The notes below the pieces were generated by a model. It was given only the letters and a program-made list of their open reading frames with translations, was not told where the DNA came from and made no database searches. A DNA stretch of 63,603 bases, filler included, from Octopus bimaculoides (taxonomy: Eukaryota), in NCBI RefSeq assembly GCF_001194135.2. It is 5 parts of 4 records of this genome, joined end to end, with 100 filler letters (N's around TTAATTAATTAA, not from the genome) between each part and the next. Parts side by side here need not be neighbours in the genome. Positions count along the whole stretch, not along the records: positions 1 to 13,886 come from NC_068998.1; 4 more parts are not named here. One strand, given 5' to 3'. This document shows positions 1 through 12,226 of the stretch, piece after piece. Numbering within the stretch: position 1 is the first letter of the stretch; each line of letters opens with the position of its first letter. Both the position numbers and the translations under genes were made by a program.

Positions 1-402
1 GATACCCTTAAAACCAGGATCTGTTCAGCACCCACTACTACACCTCTACTGTCTCTCATTAATTTATCTCTTTTCATTTTCTTCCTGAAAAAAAACCATC
101 CAAAATGTTAGATTTTTTTCTCCATTCCCCACAGCAAGTTCACTGTACTGTTTTTATAAAAAAAAATTATTAACTAATATAAGTCTTGCTAATGCAGACC
201 AACACCAGCCTCTTTGAGTCTGTTTGAGCACATTATATACAATTATATTATTTCTGCATTTACAGGTAATTTCAGGAGTTTCAATATTTCGTAATAAATT
301 TCCATAGACTAAGAATCCACAGCCTTGCACCATATATTTCCTGCACCACTACAAGGACACTAGATATTCAGAGGCCGAGGAGGAGGATTCAACAGTTTAT
401 TA

Positions 403-811
403 CACTGTGTCTCATGGTTTTTGTCCTTGGGTAGCAACTGTTATTTCCTATTTGCTTACCCTTAGAAAGTATGAAAAATGGCTATTTCCTTTGAATTTTG
501 CTTTCCTCAAATTTGTCTTCATTTGGACTGCTAGAAGTATACTGAATTATTGAGATTATGATCCCTGTATTCATACTGCCATTGATGTTAGTAGAACATT
601 CTAGAAATTCTTGAAACTTTTAGAAAGTTATCAAAACTTCTAGAAAGTTCTAGAAAATTCTACTTCAGCAACTTAGCACTGAATCTGTCTGAAATGTAAT
701 GGAAAATAGGCCAGTTTCAAAACATTGATGTTCAGGTCACAAAAGCAAAGTTTGAAGGGAAACACTTAATGTCCAAAGACCAAAAAAAATTTTTTAACTT
801 TGTTACACAGT
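403..811. mobile_element. MITE with long imperfect TIRs
   Basis: Shares both arms with 7436-7901; CACTGTGT...ACACAG termini; internal (TCTAGAAAGT)-like 10-mers. Confidence 0.6.
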
Positions 812-3090
812 AGTGTGACTTGAAAAGAAAACTTGTTTAAAAAGGAACAACCTTCTGTACAATTGTAATTTTCAAATGATAATTTTACTTCTTTGTTTTA
901 AAAAAGTATATATATATATATATATATATATATGACCAGTTGGTTCATTAATTGCATGTTAAAAAATACATATATATTCAGAAAAAAAAAATCTGTTAAA
1001 ATTGTGTTTGAAATTTGTTTCAGGAATTATGAATGTATGAAATTTTATTTCTCTTTTAATTTCACATATTTTATGTATATTTTAAAACTTTCAACAGTTT
1101 TCTCGCTAGAATGTTTCAAATTTAAAATGAAACAAAAAAAATGAATAAAATGAAGAACTATAAAATGTATGACCCAAACCCCTAAAAAATGTAGCAAAAA
1201 AATATGAAAAAATGTGATAATAGAAGAAAAAATACAAAGCAAACATTTTAAAATTATGACTGTGGATGGTCAATGGAAACAGCTAGACACACCATCTGCA
1301 TGGAACCTGAACAGTAAAGTAAGTGCTAGCATACTCGATGTAGATATAATTAATTAATTAAAATTGTAACCATCAGGGATAAGAACAATCATTTTTGGAA
1401 TGATTAAATCTGGTCAGAAAAGGAAGGGGAGACAACCCTGAAATGAATTTTTAATTAATTGTGGTTAATTAAAAGAAGTATAACACCATGGCAGGGAGCA
1501 GGTGTGATTTTTAGTCGTATGGTGAAAATTCTGGAGGATTGGTGTTAAAAATGTTTCACTGATTCAGACTCAACTGTAATTATAATTTTGGAAATGTTCT
1601 TGTGTAACAAGTGATTTGATTTGCAATCGTGTTTTGAAATTAAAACAATAGCAGCATGGAAGGCAAATGTTAGCCATTCAAAGCAGACTGTTAACTTCAC
1701 TTAAACATTTACTATTTATTTTTTAACAATAATTAAGTCTTTACCTGTCACTATGCTGCAGGAACAAATATTTGTTAATCATGCATGTACCTTCATAAAT
1801 TGTTCAAAGAGGAAGTATCTTTTTAAAGTCAGTGTTGCATTGTCTATATGCTGAAAAACATACAGAAACATACACACACACAACCAAAAGAAATAATTAT
1901 ATGTATTATATATATATAAATATAGTCTTTTTTGAAGTCTGTGTTGTGTTGTGTTGACAGACTTGCACTTAAAATTCCCTCATTTTTTATCAAAATTTGT
2001 TAGTTAAAAAGGTGACAATACTACCTATGTATCTAACTTTCACGCATACACTCTCTCTCTCTCTCTCACTGTATTTCTCTCTCAACACAACTTTTCTCCT
2101 CCCCTTCTTCCCCCTCTCCACACAGATGATGTTATGGACAGACAGATGGAGATCAGCTTCTCTTTTTTAATATAAGATTATCAATGATTTCCTTCGATTA
2201 ATAGGAAGGAGGAAAAAAATGATGCAATGTTCATGTCATTTTCAGGAGCATTGGTGAGGTAAGTGATGTAAAGAGGAAAAATCTATCTTCAGCCAGATAT
2301 AAATACTAAACCTGTTACATGATCTCTTCACATGGTATTCAGCTATTAATTCTTAACTATTGTTTTATTTTCTGACTAGCTACAAGAGTCCAATGAAGGC
2401 GCATGACCTGGTGGCTAGAATATCGTAGCTTTGATCCCCAGATAGGGAAGAAAATTGTTGTGTGATAAGCTCTGGCATCAAGGTAGAATTTGAACCCAGA
2501 TTTGTTAGCACACTGGGTGAAATGCTTAGCAGTATTACATCTGCCGCTATATTCTGAGTTCAAATTCCACCAAGATCGACTTTGCCTTTCATTTTTTTGG
2601 GGTCGATTAAATAAGTACCAGTCATGCACTGGGGTTAATATAATTGACTAAATCCCCTTCCCCAAGCTGCACTTGTGGCAAAAATTTGAAATTATCATTA
2701 AGGCACCAATCTTACAGAATTGTTAGCATGCAGGGTAAAATGCCTTAGCGAAGGTAGAGGTATTGTTTTCAGTTGTGTTTGTTTGTCCGTGGACAAGATA
2801 TCTCAAGAACTGCTGGATAGAATTTAATGAAACTTTCAGGGATGTTTGGCCTCATAACTGGCAGAAACTGATTAGATTCTGGGATCGATCAAGTACTAGA
2901 CAAAGATTCTGGATTATTTTTCCGCTGTTTTACTTAATTTTTGAAAGTGGTCAGGTTCAATTCTATTATTCTCGTTTTGTGAGAGCAGTTGAGTTTATTT
3001 CAGAAATTCACATTTTAAAAATCATCTCCAGCTAATCATTGAGAAGACGTTGATGTTGACTTGGCAGAGGTTTGTGCTCCCTGAGTGCTC

Positions 3091-3142
<52 letters not shown>

Positions 3143-3350
3143 AAATTATTTAAAAAAAAAACAGAATTAATTATTATTATTATTATTAAAGCAGCAAGCT
3201 GGCAGAACTATTAGCATGCCAGGCAAAATGCTTAGTCACATTTCAACAATCTTCAAGTTCCGAGTTCAAATTTCACCAAGGATGTAATCAACTAGTCCCA
3301 TCCCCCAAATTTCAGGCCTTGTGCTTTAGTAGAAAGCATTATTATTACTA

Positions 3351-3500
3351 TTTGATGAAAACTCTCAGCTTATTTTGCTGGGTATGGTGGAAAGCATCAG
3401 CTGTCCACAGCCAGCAGACTAAGGTGACACTTGTTTACTGGTTATGCTTCAAGAACCCGGCAAAGAATTTTTGCAGTTCCAAGCAATGTTGAGTTTTGTA
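3351..3500 (-). mobile_element. 3' end of a second R4/Dong-like element
   Basis: ALLGTAKILCRVLEA* followed by a short 3' UTR ending in TAA repeats. Confidence 0.65.
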
Positions 3501-3623
3501 GGTGTTCTACTTTTACATTTGGTAGTTGAGTGCTGATACTTCCAAGTGTATCAATTATTATTGGTATCACATCTACTCGCCTCATTGACCACAACCTTCA
3601 TTATTATTATTATTATTATTATT

Positions 3624-5260
3624 TAAGACATCACACAGTATCCAATATTGTGATGTTGATTGAAGATATTGCATACCAGGTGTTTGTACTGTCTGCCAAG
3701 TCACAGCAAGGACCTTAGACAGACAGTACTTTACACAATATGCATGCAGTTCCAAATCATGCTGATTTTTGCAATACACATAGATTGTAGGGTACTTCTA
3801 AAGTTTCCAGATGTTTTTTTCAGGTTGGGTAGTATTGAACCCACTGCTCCAATGACAATAGGGACAACTTTTATACTTGACTCTCGTAGCTGCCACATCT
3901 TAGCAATCTCAATTCTCAGGTTTCCATATCTATCAATCTTTTCTCTTTCTTTCGTGATATGTTGATCTCCTGGCACTGCCACATCAATTATTAGGCACTC
4001 GTTTGTCCCTCCCAAAGGTTACTATATTTGGTCTTTGGTGCTCTAACACGTTGTCTGTCTGAAAGTCAAACTGCCAGAGGATTTTTGCCTTCTCCTTTTC
4101 GTCCATTGCTTTCCGGTGTATGTTGGTACAAAGTACCAATTAACTCGTGTCCATACATCTGGCACAGTAGCCAGTGAAGGTTTTGGGCTACCTTGTCGTG
4201 TCTGCACTTGTACTCTTTCTGCACAAGACTTTCACAAGCACTAACAATGTGAGTCATGCCTTGGACCCTCTTCCCACACATTCTGTAGAGGTTTGTTGCA
4301 CTTGTGTGGTATATATATCCCTTTTCACTGAGTTGGTATTCAATGCCTGATCCTGAGCAGCGATGATTAGGCTTTCAATATTCTTTTTTAGGTCACCCTT
4401 ACTGAACCACCTCCATGATTCTTCTTGGTCTTTTAATTTGTTAGCTTCGTGGTGGAACTGACCATGTAATTCCATGCAGAGTAGGGTTTCTTCTCTCTCA
4501 TTGGCTATTTATGATCAGAATTCAGGAGTACTCTCAAGTCCATTTTTGGTAAATCCTTCTGCATTAGCAGCATACTGTAGCAGGTCTTGTTTGCTGTTAA
4601 CCAAATATTCTGTCCTGTTTCTTCTTTCATTGTTGATGCACTCCCTCACGCTAATCAGCCCCTCTTCATGTGGAGCCTGTGTACATTCGCTTTAAGGTGG
4701 AGGGCACCATGCATTGTCATTGTCTTTCAGGTAGTGCAACTGAGTTGGTTAATCTCCACTTGTGTCCATTTCAGGATGGGTGCACTATAGCAGACTAAAG
4801 CAACAGCCAATATGTTGATGGCAGTCACAAGGTTCCTTGAGTTGAGTTTTGATTTCAAGAGAAATTTGAGACGCTTGAATTATGCAGTGATGACCTTGTC
4901 TTTCATTTCTCTGTGTGAGATATAGTCCACCTCCTGGATCCCAAGGTACTTGTACCCATCATCATCTGGGTCTTCCATTCTCACTCTGTTTGGCAATTCT
5001 ATGCTCCTACCTTCTGCTCTTTTCCCCCATTTCAAAGTAAGCACAGCACACTTTGAGATACCAAATTCCATCCCTAAATCCTCACTGCATATCTGCACAG
5101 TCTCAACCAGCCTCTTCATTTCAGGCTTTGTGGCACAAACAGTTTCAAATCATGCATGAAGAGGTGGTTGAGACGAGGTCCATTCTTTCTCAGCTCATAG
5201 TGCACATTGTCTTTACACAGGACTACAGAAAGTGGGATTAAGGCTATAACAAATAACAAA
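3624..5260 (-). mobile_element. 5'-truncated R4/Dong-like non-LTR retrotransposon (RT C-terminus, CCHC knuckle, REL endonuclease), frameshifted
   Basis: LFMHDLKLF (YADD-like), YKYLG, CGKRVQGMTHIVSAC, RHDKVA, IIDVAVP...EKIDRY, VVPIVIGAVG; (TAA)n directly abuts both ends (3601-3623, 5261-5283). Confidence 0.9.
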
Positions 5261-7067
5261 TTATTATTATTATTATTATTATTAAGGTGGTGGATTAGCA
5301 GACTCATTGAAGTCTTAGACAAAATATCCATCTCACATTATTTGTTCCAGCTCTTCACATTCTGAGACCAAATTCCACTAAGTTCAGCTTTGTCTTTCAT
5401 CCTCTCAGAATCAATAAGATAAAATCTTAGTATAGTACTGGGGTTGATATAATTGATTACCCCTCATCGAAAGTTTTTGGCCTTGTACCTTTCTTAAAAA
5501 CAATTATCACTATGAAAATTATTATCATAATTAAACATTCTGTTAAGAGATATTGTTGTTGTTCTTCTTTAGCCTCAGGTCAGCCTTCACCAAGCAGACC
5601 TGTGTTCAAAAGCATTTCATCTTTTTTCATATATCTTTTTTTATGCAGGCATAGTACAACTAGAATTACATGTCATTCTCTTTTTTAAGATGGTAGAGTG
5701 TGCTAAGAAGGAGATTTGGCTGCTACTTCTAGGAGGTTCAACAAGATCTTATTGTCCTATTAGCTTACATTGCAAGGAGTTCATAGAAATGGTAGAATTT
5801 TATAACAAACATTCTTCATATTTTTGGCTGTATGAGAACAGTGAGCAAGCAGAATTCTTAGCACACCAGGCAGAATGCTTGCTGTCCATCCTTATGTTCT
5901 GAAGTTGACTTTACCTTTCATTCTTTTATGGGTTTGATAAAATAAGTACCAGTTGAACACTGGAGTCGATTGTATCGACCCCAGTGTGATATAATCGACT
6001 TAATGCCTTCCCCAAAATTGCTGGCCTTGTGCCAAAATTTGAAATCAGTATTTAGAAACAGACAAGGCAGTGAGCTGGCAGAATGGTAGGTACACCAAGG
6101 AAAAGGCTTAGAGGCGTTTCATCCACCTTTATGTTCTGTGTTCAACTTTGCCTTTCATCCTTTTGGGGGGTTAATAAAATAAGTACTAGTTGAGCACTGG
6201 GGTCGATGTAATCGGTTTACCCCCTTCCCTCAAAGCTGCTGGCCTTGTGCCAAAATTTGAAATCAATCATATTGGCTGTATGTACACTTTGCATCTTTTA
6301 GCTTCTATCATTGCTTCAGTTATTGGACAGTGGCCATGCTGGGGCACCACTTTGTAGGGTTTAGTTGAACAAATCAATCCCAGTACTTAATTTTTTAAGT
6401 CTAGCACTTATTTTATCAGTCTCTTTTGCCAAACTGCTAAGTTACTGGATATAAACAAACACCGGCTGTCAAGTGATAGAGGAGAGACGCACACACACAT
6501 ATATATACATATATGTGCACATGCAACATACTTACAACACATGCACACACATATACATACACACAAACATACATGCATACACACATACATACATACACAC
6601 ATACATACATATACATACATGCATATACATACACACACATATATCATCATTATCATCATCAATATTTAACATCTGCTTTCCATGCTGGCATGGGTTGGAT
6701 GGTTTGACAGGAGCTGGCAAGCCAGAGAGCTGTACCAGGTCCATTGTCTACTTTAGCATGGTTCTTATGGCTAGATGGCTTCCTAATGCCAACCACTTTA
6801 CAGACTGGACTGCCTGCTTTTTATGTGGCACCAACATTGGTGCTTTTTACATGGCACTAACAAGAGAGGTCACCAAGGTGGCTGAGAGGTTAATTTTGAC
6901 ATGCTTCTACATAGTTTCTGTTTACCAAATTCACTCACAGAGCATTGAACGATCCAGAAGCTATTGTAGAAAACACTTGCCAAGGTGCTATGTAGTGGCA
7001 TTGAACCTGAAAACATGGTTGCAAAGTGGGTTTCTTAATTACATGGCCATGCCTATTTATGAAAATT

Positions 7068-7105
<38 letters not shown>

Positions 7106-7435
7106 GAAATGAAAGATATTTAAAAATATATGAAAATCCAGTTTACCTGGTTTCATTAATCACTACTGTGGGCTCACAAGGTTATATAGGCTGAAACAAC
7201 AGACCCCAAAGTGTCAGCCCCATAAAAGTGTTGCTTGGAGTAAACTGCCCCTCAGTCCTACAGTTATTTTTATTGATATTTAACAGAACAACAGAGTGAC
7301 TCAAGGGCCAACACATGAAACCTTGAGTCACTCTGTTACTTCTGCTAAATATTAATAAAAACATGCATGTACTCATATTTTGAGTTCTATTTTTCCTGTT
7401 TGCCTCACAAATACTTAAATCCTAGAGTTGATAAC

Positions 7436-7901
7436 AACTTGGGTAGCAAATGTTATTTCCTATTTGCTTATCCCTAGAAAGTATGAACAATGGCAGATAT
7501 TTCCTTCAAACTTTGTTTTTCTTACATTTATTCAACCCCCAAAGAGTCTCTCTCAACACATTGCTATGATGCTTCCCCACAACTCCTGCTCATGATCAGA
7601 GATGCCCATATTGCTGCTATTAAGGGACATGCTCAAGTGATTAAGGTCAAGCAACTGACAAGCAAATCTGTGTTATTGAGCAGAATATTTGCTATAACGA
7701 TATTTCTGCTTCAGCAACTCAGCATTGAATTAGTCTGAAATGTAATGGGAAATAGGTCAATTTCAAAACATTGATATCCAGGTCACAAAAGCAAAGTTTG
7801 AAGGGAATAGTAGTCATTTCCTTTGATTTCTAGATAAAAGCAAATAAGAAATAACACTTACTGACCAAAGACAAAAAAAATTCTAATTTTGTCGCACAGT
7901 G
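7436..7901. mobile_element. Second copy of the same MITE family
   Basis: 7441-7515 is an imperfect inverted repeat of 7792-7872; both arms homologous to 421-500 and 665-810. Confidence 0.6.
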
Positions 7902-8089
7902 TTATCTAAATACACACAATTGACACTCTTCAGTTAATTTAAATATCTTCTCTTAACTACTTTTAATTACACAAATTACATTTAACCAAAAACATACCTA
8001 ACTCTCTTTTGAGATGCTGATGAAAGGATGAAAGGCAAAGTTGAGCTTGGTGGAATTTGAAGTCAGAACAAAAAGACAGACGAAATACC

Positions 8090-8348
8090 TTATTTACATT
8101 ATTTACAATTGACGGATATTTGTCCTCATCTTGTTTGTTGCTAACACAACGTTTTGGTTGATATACACTCCAGCCTTCATCAGGTGTCTTGGGGAAATTT
8201 CAAATCTGGGTCCTCATTCCTAAGGTATTTTTCGATGTTATTATTATTATTCAGGTTACTGCCTAGAATCGAACTCGGAATCTTAGGGTTAAGAGCACGG
8301 GCTATTAACCCCAAGATGCCGAGTTTGATTCCAGGCAGTGGCCTTAAA

Positions 8349-8379
<31 letters not shown>

Positions 8380-8561
8380 TCGAAAAATACCTTAGGAATG
8401 AAAACCCAGGTTCAAAATTTCCCCAAGACACCTGATGAAGGCTGGAGGATATATCAGCCGAAACATTGTGTTAACAACAAGATGAGGACAAATATCCGTC
8501 AATTGTAAATAATGTAAATAATGTACATAATTCCTCATCTCTTAAATATAGAATTGTAAGG
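8090..8561. mobile_element. Palindromic dimer of tRNA-headed, hammerhead-bearing element (copy 1), inserted into a SINE
   Basis: Inverted arms meeting at 8287-8310; 9-bp TSD CGAAATACC at 8081-8089 and 8562-8570 splits a family-2 SINE. Confidence 0.85.
8427..8472 (+). ncRNA. Hammerhead motif copy (ACGT mutated to ACAT); further degenerate copies at 8143-8188(-), 12374-12410(+), 14956-15001(+), 53761-53804(-), 54090-54135(+)
   Basis: GACAC-CTGATGA-A-GGCTG-gaggatatat-CAGCC-GAAA-CATT-GTGTT. Confidence 0.55.
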
Positions 8562-8714
8562 CGAAATACCACTAAGCATTTTGCCCGGCATGCTAACAAT
8601 TCTGCCAGTACCCTGCCTTAACAACAACAATAATAATGAAGTAGAATATTACATTAAAAACATATCATTTCAGTTAATTAACACAAAGATTTAATTACAA
8701 AGGAAAATATAAAG

Positions 8715-8720
8715 TTTATT
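8715..8720 (-). promoter_or_regulatory. Candidate polyadenylation signal (AATAAA) of CFAP298
   Basis: TTTATT on + strand about 40 nt downstream of the CFAP298 stop codon. Confidence 0.5.
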
Positions 8721-8760
8721 CAGTGAAATAATTTACATCTTTACAACTTCTTCCCACAGC

Positions 8761-8862
8761 CTAATACTTGATGTTGGTCAGACCCTGAAATTTCTTCTTC
8801 AGCATTTGATTGTCAGCCCATTCAGAATTTAAATAAGAATCTTCATCATCTGTTGCTAATTT
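8761..8862 (-). CDS. CFAP298: CFAP298 terminal coding exon (KLATDDEDSYLNSEWADNQMLKKKFQGLTNIKY*)
   Basis: Acceptor tttctcattcaacag|, 34 codons ending in TAG; matches recalled human DDDAYLNSPWADNTALKRHFHGVKDIKW. Confidence 0.95.
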   Translation of the reverse strand, partial: KLATDDEDSYLNSEWADNQMLKKKFQGLTNIKY

Positions 8863-9657
8863 CTGTTGAATGAGAAACAAAGAATGGTCAGTATTAAAAA
8901 ATAGTTACATCAGAATAGCTTCTTGTACAGACATGACAGTTTCCAAATTTCTGGCAGAGTGAATTGTGTCATGGTGCTGATTTTCTCACAGGCGGTGCCC
9001 AACTGACTCTACTATACTGTGTAGTTGACAAAATCAAAAACAAACAATGCGCATGCGTGAAATAAAAAATATAAAACGGCGACAATTTACCCATCGCACC
9101 CTGTATATGCACATTTACATTTGTGCGTGTGTGTGTGTGCGTGCGTGTGTGTGCGGATAAGTATGCAGTCATGTGTGTGTGTGTGTGTGTGTGTGTGCAT
9201 GTATGTGCACATTTGTTTTTTGTGTGTGCATATATATAAGCGCATTTGTTTGTGCATGTGTGTGTATATATATGTGTGCATTTATATTTGTGTGTGGATA
9301 TATGTGCATATTTAAGTGTGCACGTACGTGTGTGTGTGTGTGTGTGTGTTGTCAAGAGGGAGGTAACTTATAAATTGTTATGTCAAAAAAAGGAACACGA
9401 ATTATGTCCCTTGGTGCTTAAGAGTGTTTCTTTGGTAAAGACTCCTTCATTAATAGAAATATAAGAATATAAAGTTTTACTAGCTCCAGCTAAAGGGCTA
9501 TGGATAGGTTGCTTGTTTGCCAACCATGTGATCTCAGGTTCAATCCCACTGTGTGGCACGTTAAGCAAATATTTTGTACTACAGCACTGAGCTGACCAAA
9601 GCCTTCTAAGAGGATTTGGTAGATAAAACCTAAAAGAAGCCTATTGCGTATACATAC

Positions 9658-9688
<31 letters not shown>

Positions 9689-9933
9689 CATGCCTGTATC
9701 TCTGTGTACTCGTGTCTTAATGCCACATGATGGATGTAAATGAACATCCCTGTCATACGAGCGGTGCTGTTCATTTCCAGTCTTTTGACCATGGGAAATA
9801 TTGTCTTATTTGGAGACTGCTGAGTATGGGCAGCAGGAAGAGTATACAGGCATTGGAAACATTTGTCACACAAATTCTATCTGAGCCATGCAAGCATTGA
9901 AGATTCAATGTTAAACGACAATGACAACATATA

Positions 9934-9976
<43 letters not shown>

Positions 9977-10468
9977 TATTCTTTTATTCGATTGTCATTT
10001 GACTGTGGCCATGATGGAGCACTGCCTTTAGTTGAGCAAATNNNNNNNNNNCTTTTATTCGATTGTCATTTGACTGTGGCCATGATGGAGCACTGCCTTT
10101 AGTTGAGCAAATCGACCCCAGGACTTATTCTTTGTAAGCCTAGTACTTATTCTATCAGTTTCTTTTGCCAAACCACTGTTACGGGGATGTAAACATACCA
10201 GCATCAGTTGTCAAGTGATGTTGGGGGGGACAAACACAGACACACAAACACACACACAAACACACACACACACACACATATATATACGACAGGCTTCATT
10301 CAGTTTCCATCTACCAAATCCACTCACAGGCTGTAGTAGTGGCTGTAGTAGAAGATACTTGTCCAAGGTGCCACACAGTGGAACTGAACCCGGAACCATG
10401 TGGTTGGTAAGTAATACACTTACCACGCAGCCACTCCTGCACCTGTATATATATATATATATATATAT

Positions 10469-10540
10469 ATAAACAATCATAACAGCCCCACAGAGGATGT
10501 CCAGAGCATCTTTCACTGTTTTCTGATCAACATAATGCCC
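10469..10540 (-). pseudogene. CFAP298: Displaced fragment of a CFAP298 exon (GHYVDQKTVKDALDILCGAVMIVY) inside a downstream intron
   Basis: Matches recalled human VTMEMVKDALDQLRGAVMIVY, but lies 3' of exons it should precede; bounded by a maT remnant and (TA)n; no donor site. Confidence 0.8.
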
Positions 10541-10995
10541 TGGAGGAGGTAGTGCTGCTGGAAGACCCTCTGTCTGGCAACTAGACTCTGCACCATGCCA
10601 CACAAGCAGGAGAACCCAATCATGGCTGTCAGACAATTTCTGCAATCACATCATCCCTAACATCTGGCCACCTAACTCCCCAGACTGCGGATCCCTTCAT
10701 TATTATGTGTGGGGCGCAGTTGAGCAAGAAACCAACAAAACTCTTTTTAACACCAAAGATGAACTGAAGGCAAAGATTATGGCAGTATTCACCAACTTAA
10801 ACAAGGAGACTGTCCAGAAGAGTCTGGAGGCCATAGTTGAAGGCAATGGTGATTTAATTGAATAAATTTACTCTTTAGTATTTCAAGGTATTTTAATTTA
10901 ATTTTGGTAAATATATCTGTTAAAATAAGACGCCAGTGTTATTTTCATTTTTGCGAAATTTAGACGACAGTTTGTTCACCACAGCACCCTCTGTC
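10541..10995 (+). mobile_element. maT/DD37D transposon 3' fragment
   Basis: Open frame 10560-10865: GRPSVWQLDSAPCHTSRRTQSWLSDNF...WPPNSPDCGSLHYYVWGAVE, with 37 residues between D and the degenerate last D. Confidence 0.8.
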
Positions 10996-11029
10996 TGCCC
11001 CTCTCTCTCTCTCTCTCTCTGATGTAGTG

Positions 11030-11452
11030 TAAAAGAAAGAAGACTGTGCTGGTTTGGTAATGGGATGTGTATGGATGTAGACAGATGCACACAGAAATGC
11101 TGGTCACTCAAAATGGATGGAACTTGTGGGAGAGGGAGACCCAGCAAGACATGGAATGAAGCATTGAAGGTTGATCTCAAGACACTGAGCCTTATGAAGG
11201 AAATGACTAAAAACTGAGATATTGGTACCTTGCTGAACTCAAGAATCCTGTCTGTTACAGCAGAATTGGTACCAGTGCTGGTGCCACATTAAAAGCACTG
11301 GTTGGCATTACGAAAGGGCATCTAATCATGGAAGCTATGCCAGAACAGACACTGAATGGAACCTGGTACAGCCCCTGGTCTTACCAGCTCTAGTCAAACA
11401 ATCCAATGCCAGCATGGAAAATGGACATATGATGATGATGATGATGATGATA
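11030..11452 (+). mobile_element. RTE-clade LINE 3' end with (GAT)n tail
   Basis: RRLCWFGN...GTCGRGRPSKTWNEALKVDL, then UTR and (GAT)n at 11430-11450. Confidence 0.75.
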
Positions 11453-11540
11453 TATGAAGCTTGTGTGGATGGGTGGGTTGGACACAAAAATGAAAAGAAG
11501 AAATAAAACAATAAAGAAAAGTGTTTCTGGTTTAATTTAC

Positions 11541-11636
11541 CTTTGCGGTTTCTTGCTTTCTGTAATAATAGGCCATCATCTCCTTTTGGTCCTGCTCACT
11601 GATCACAGGTTCACGACCTGGGGCACCTTGTCCAAG
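11541..11636 (-). CDS. CFAP298: CFAP298 coding exon (LGQGAPGREPVISEQDQKEMMAYYYRKQETAK)
   Basis: 96 nt, phase 0-0, acceptor after pyrimidine tract ...ccactag|, donor AAG|gtaaat; matches recalled human RGQGAPAREPIISSEEQKQLMLYYHRRQEELK. Confidence 0.95.
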
Positions 11637-12015
11637 CTAGTGGGTTACAAGATGAAAGAAAGAAACCAACTTACAAATATTTTCAATATGGGACCAGTCG
11701 ATTTCATGGACCCCAATGCTTAACTGATATTTAATTCATCAACTTTCAAAGGATGAAAGGCAAAACAGACCTCAGAAGAATTTGAACTTGGAACATGAAG
11801 ATGAATAAGATGCCATTAAGCACTTTGTCAATGTGCTAAAGATTCTGCCGGCTCACTATAATAATAATAATAATCCTTTCTATAGTACTGGGGAACAAAT
11901 CTCAATATTTTGTCTATTGAATAAGATTTGATAGTTCAAAGAAACATGGGGGTGCTGAGCACAAATCTTTACAGTTTTGCTCTATTAAGTCCTGATTTTG
12001 AAGTTCCAATGGTAA

Positions 12016-12189
12016 TACAGTTCTATATTTAAGAGATGAGGAATTATGTGCATTATTTACATTTGACGGATATTTGTCCTCATCTTGTTTGTTGTTAACA
12101 CAATGTTTCGGCTGATATACCCTCCAGCCTTCTTCAGGTATCTTGGGGAAATTTCGAACCTGGGTTCTCATTCCTAAGGTATTCTTCAA

Positions 12190-12226
<37 letters not shown>

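Noticed and set aside
2125-2258. Plus-strand exon with a good pyrimidine tract and |GTAAGT donor
   Set aside because: Closed in all frames and no supporting neighbours; cannot be supported without RNA data.
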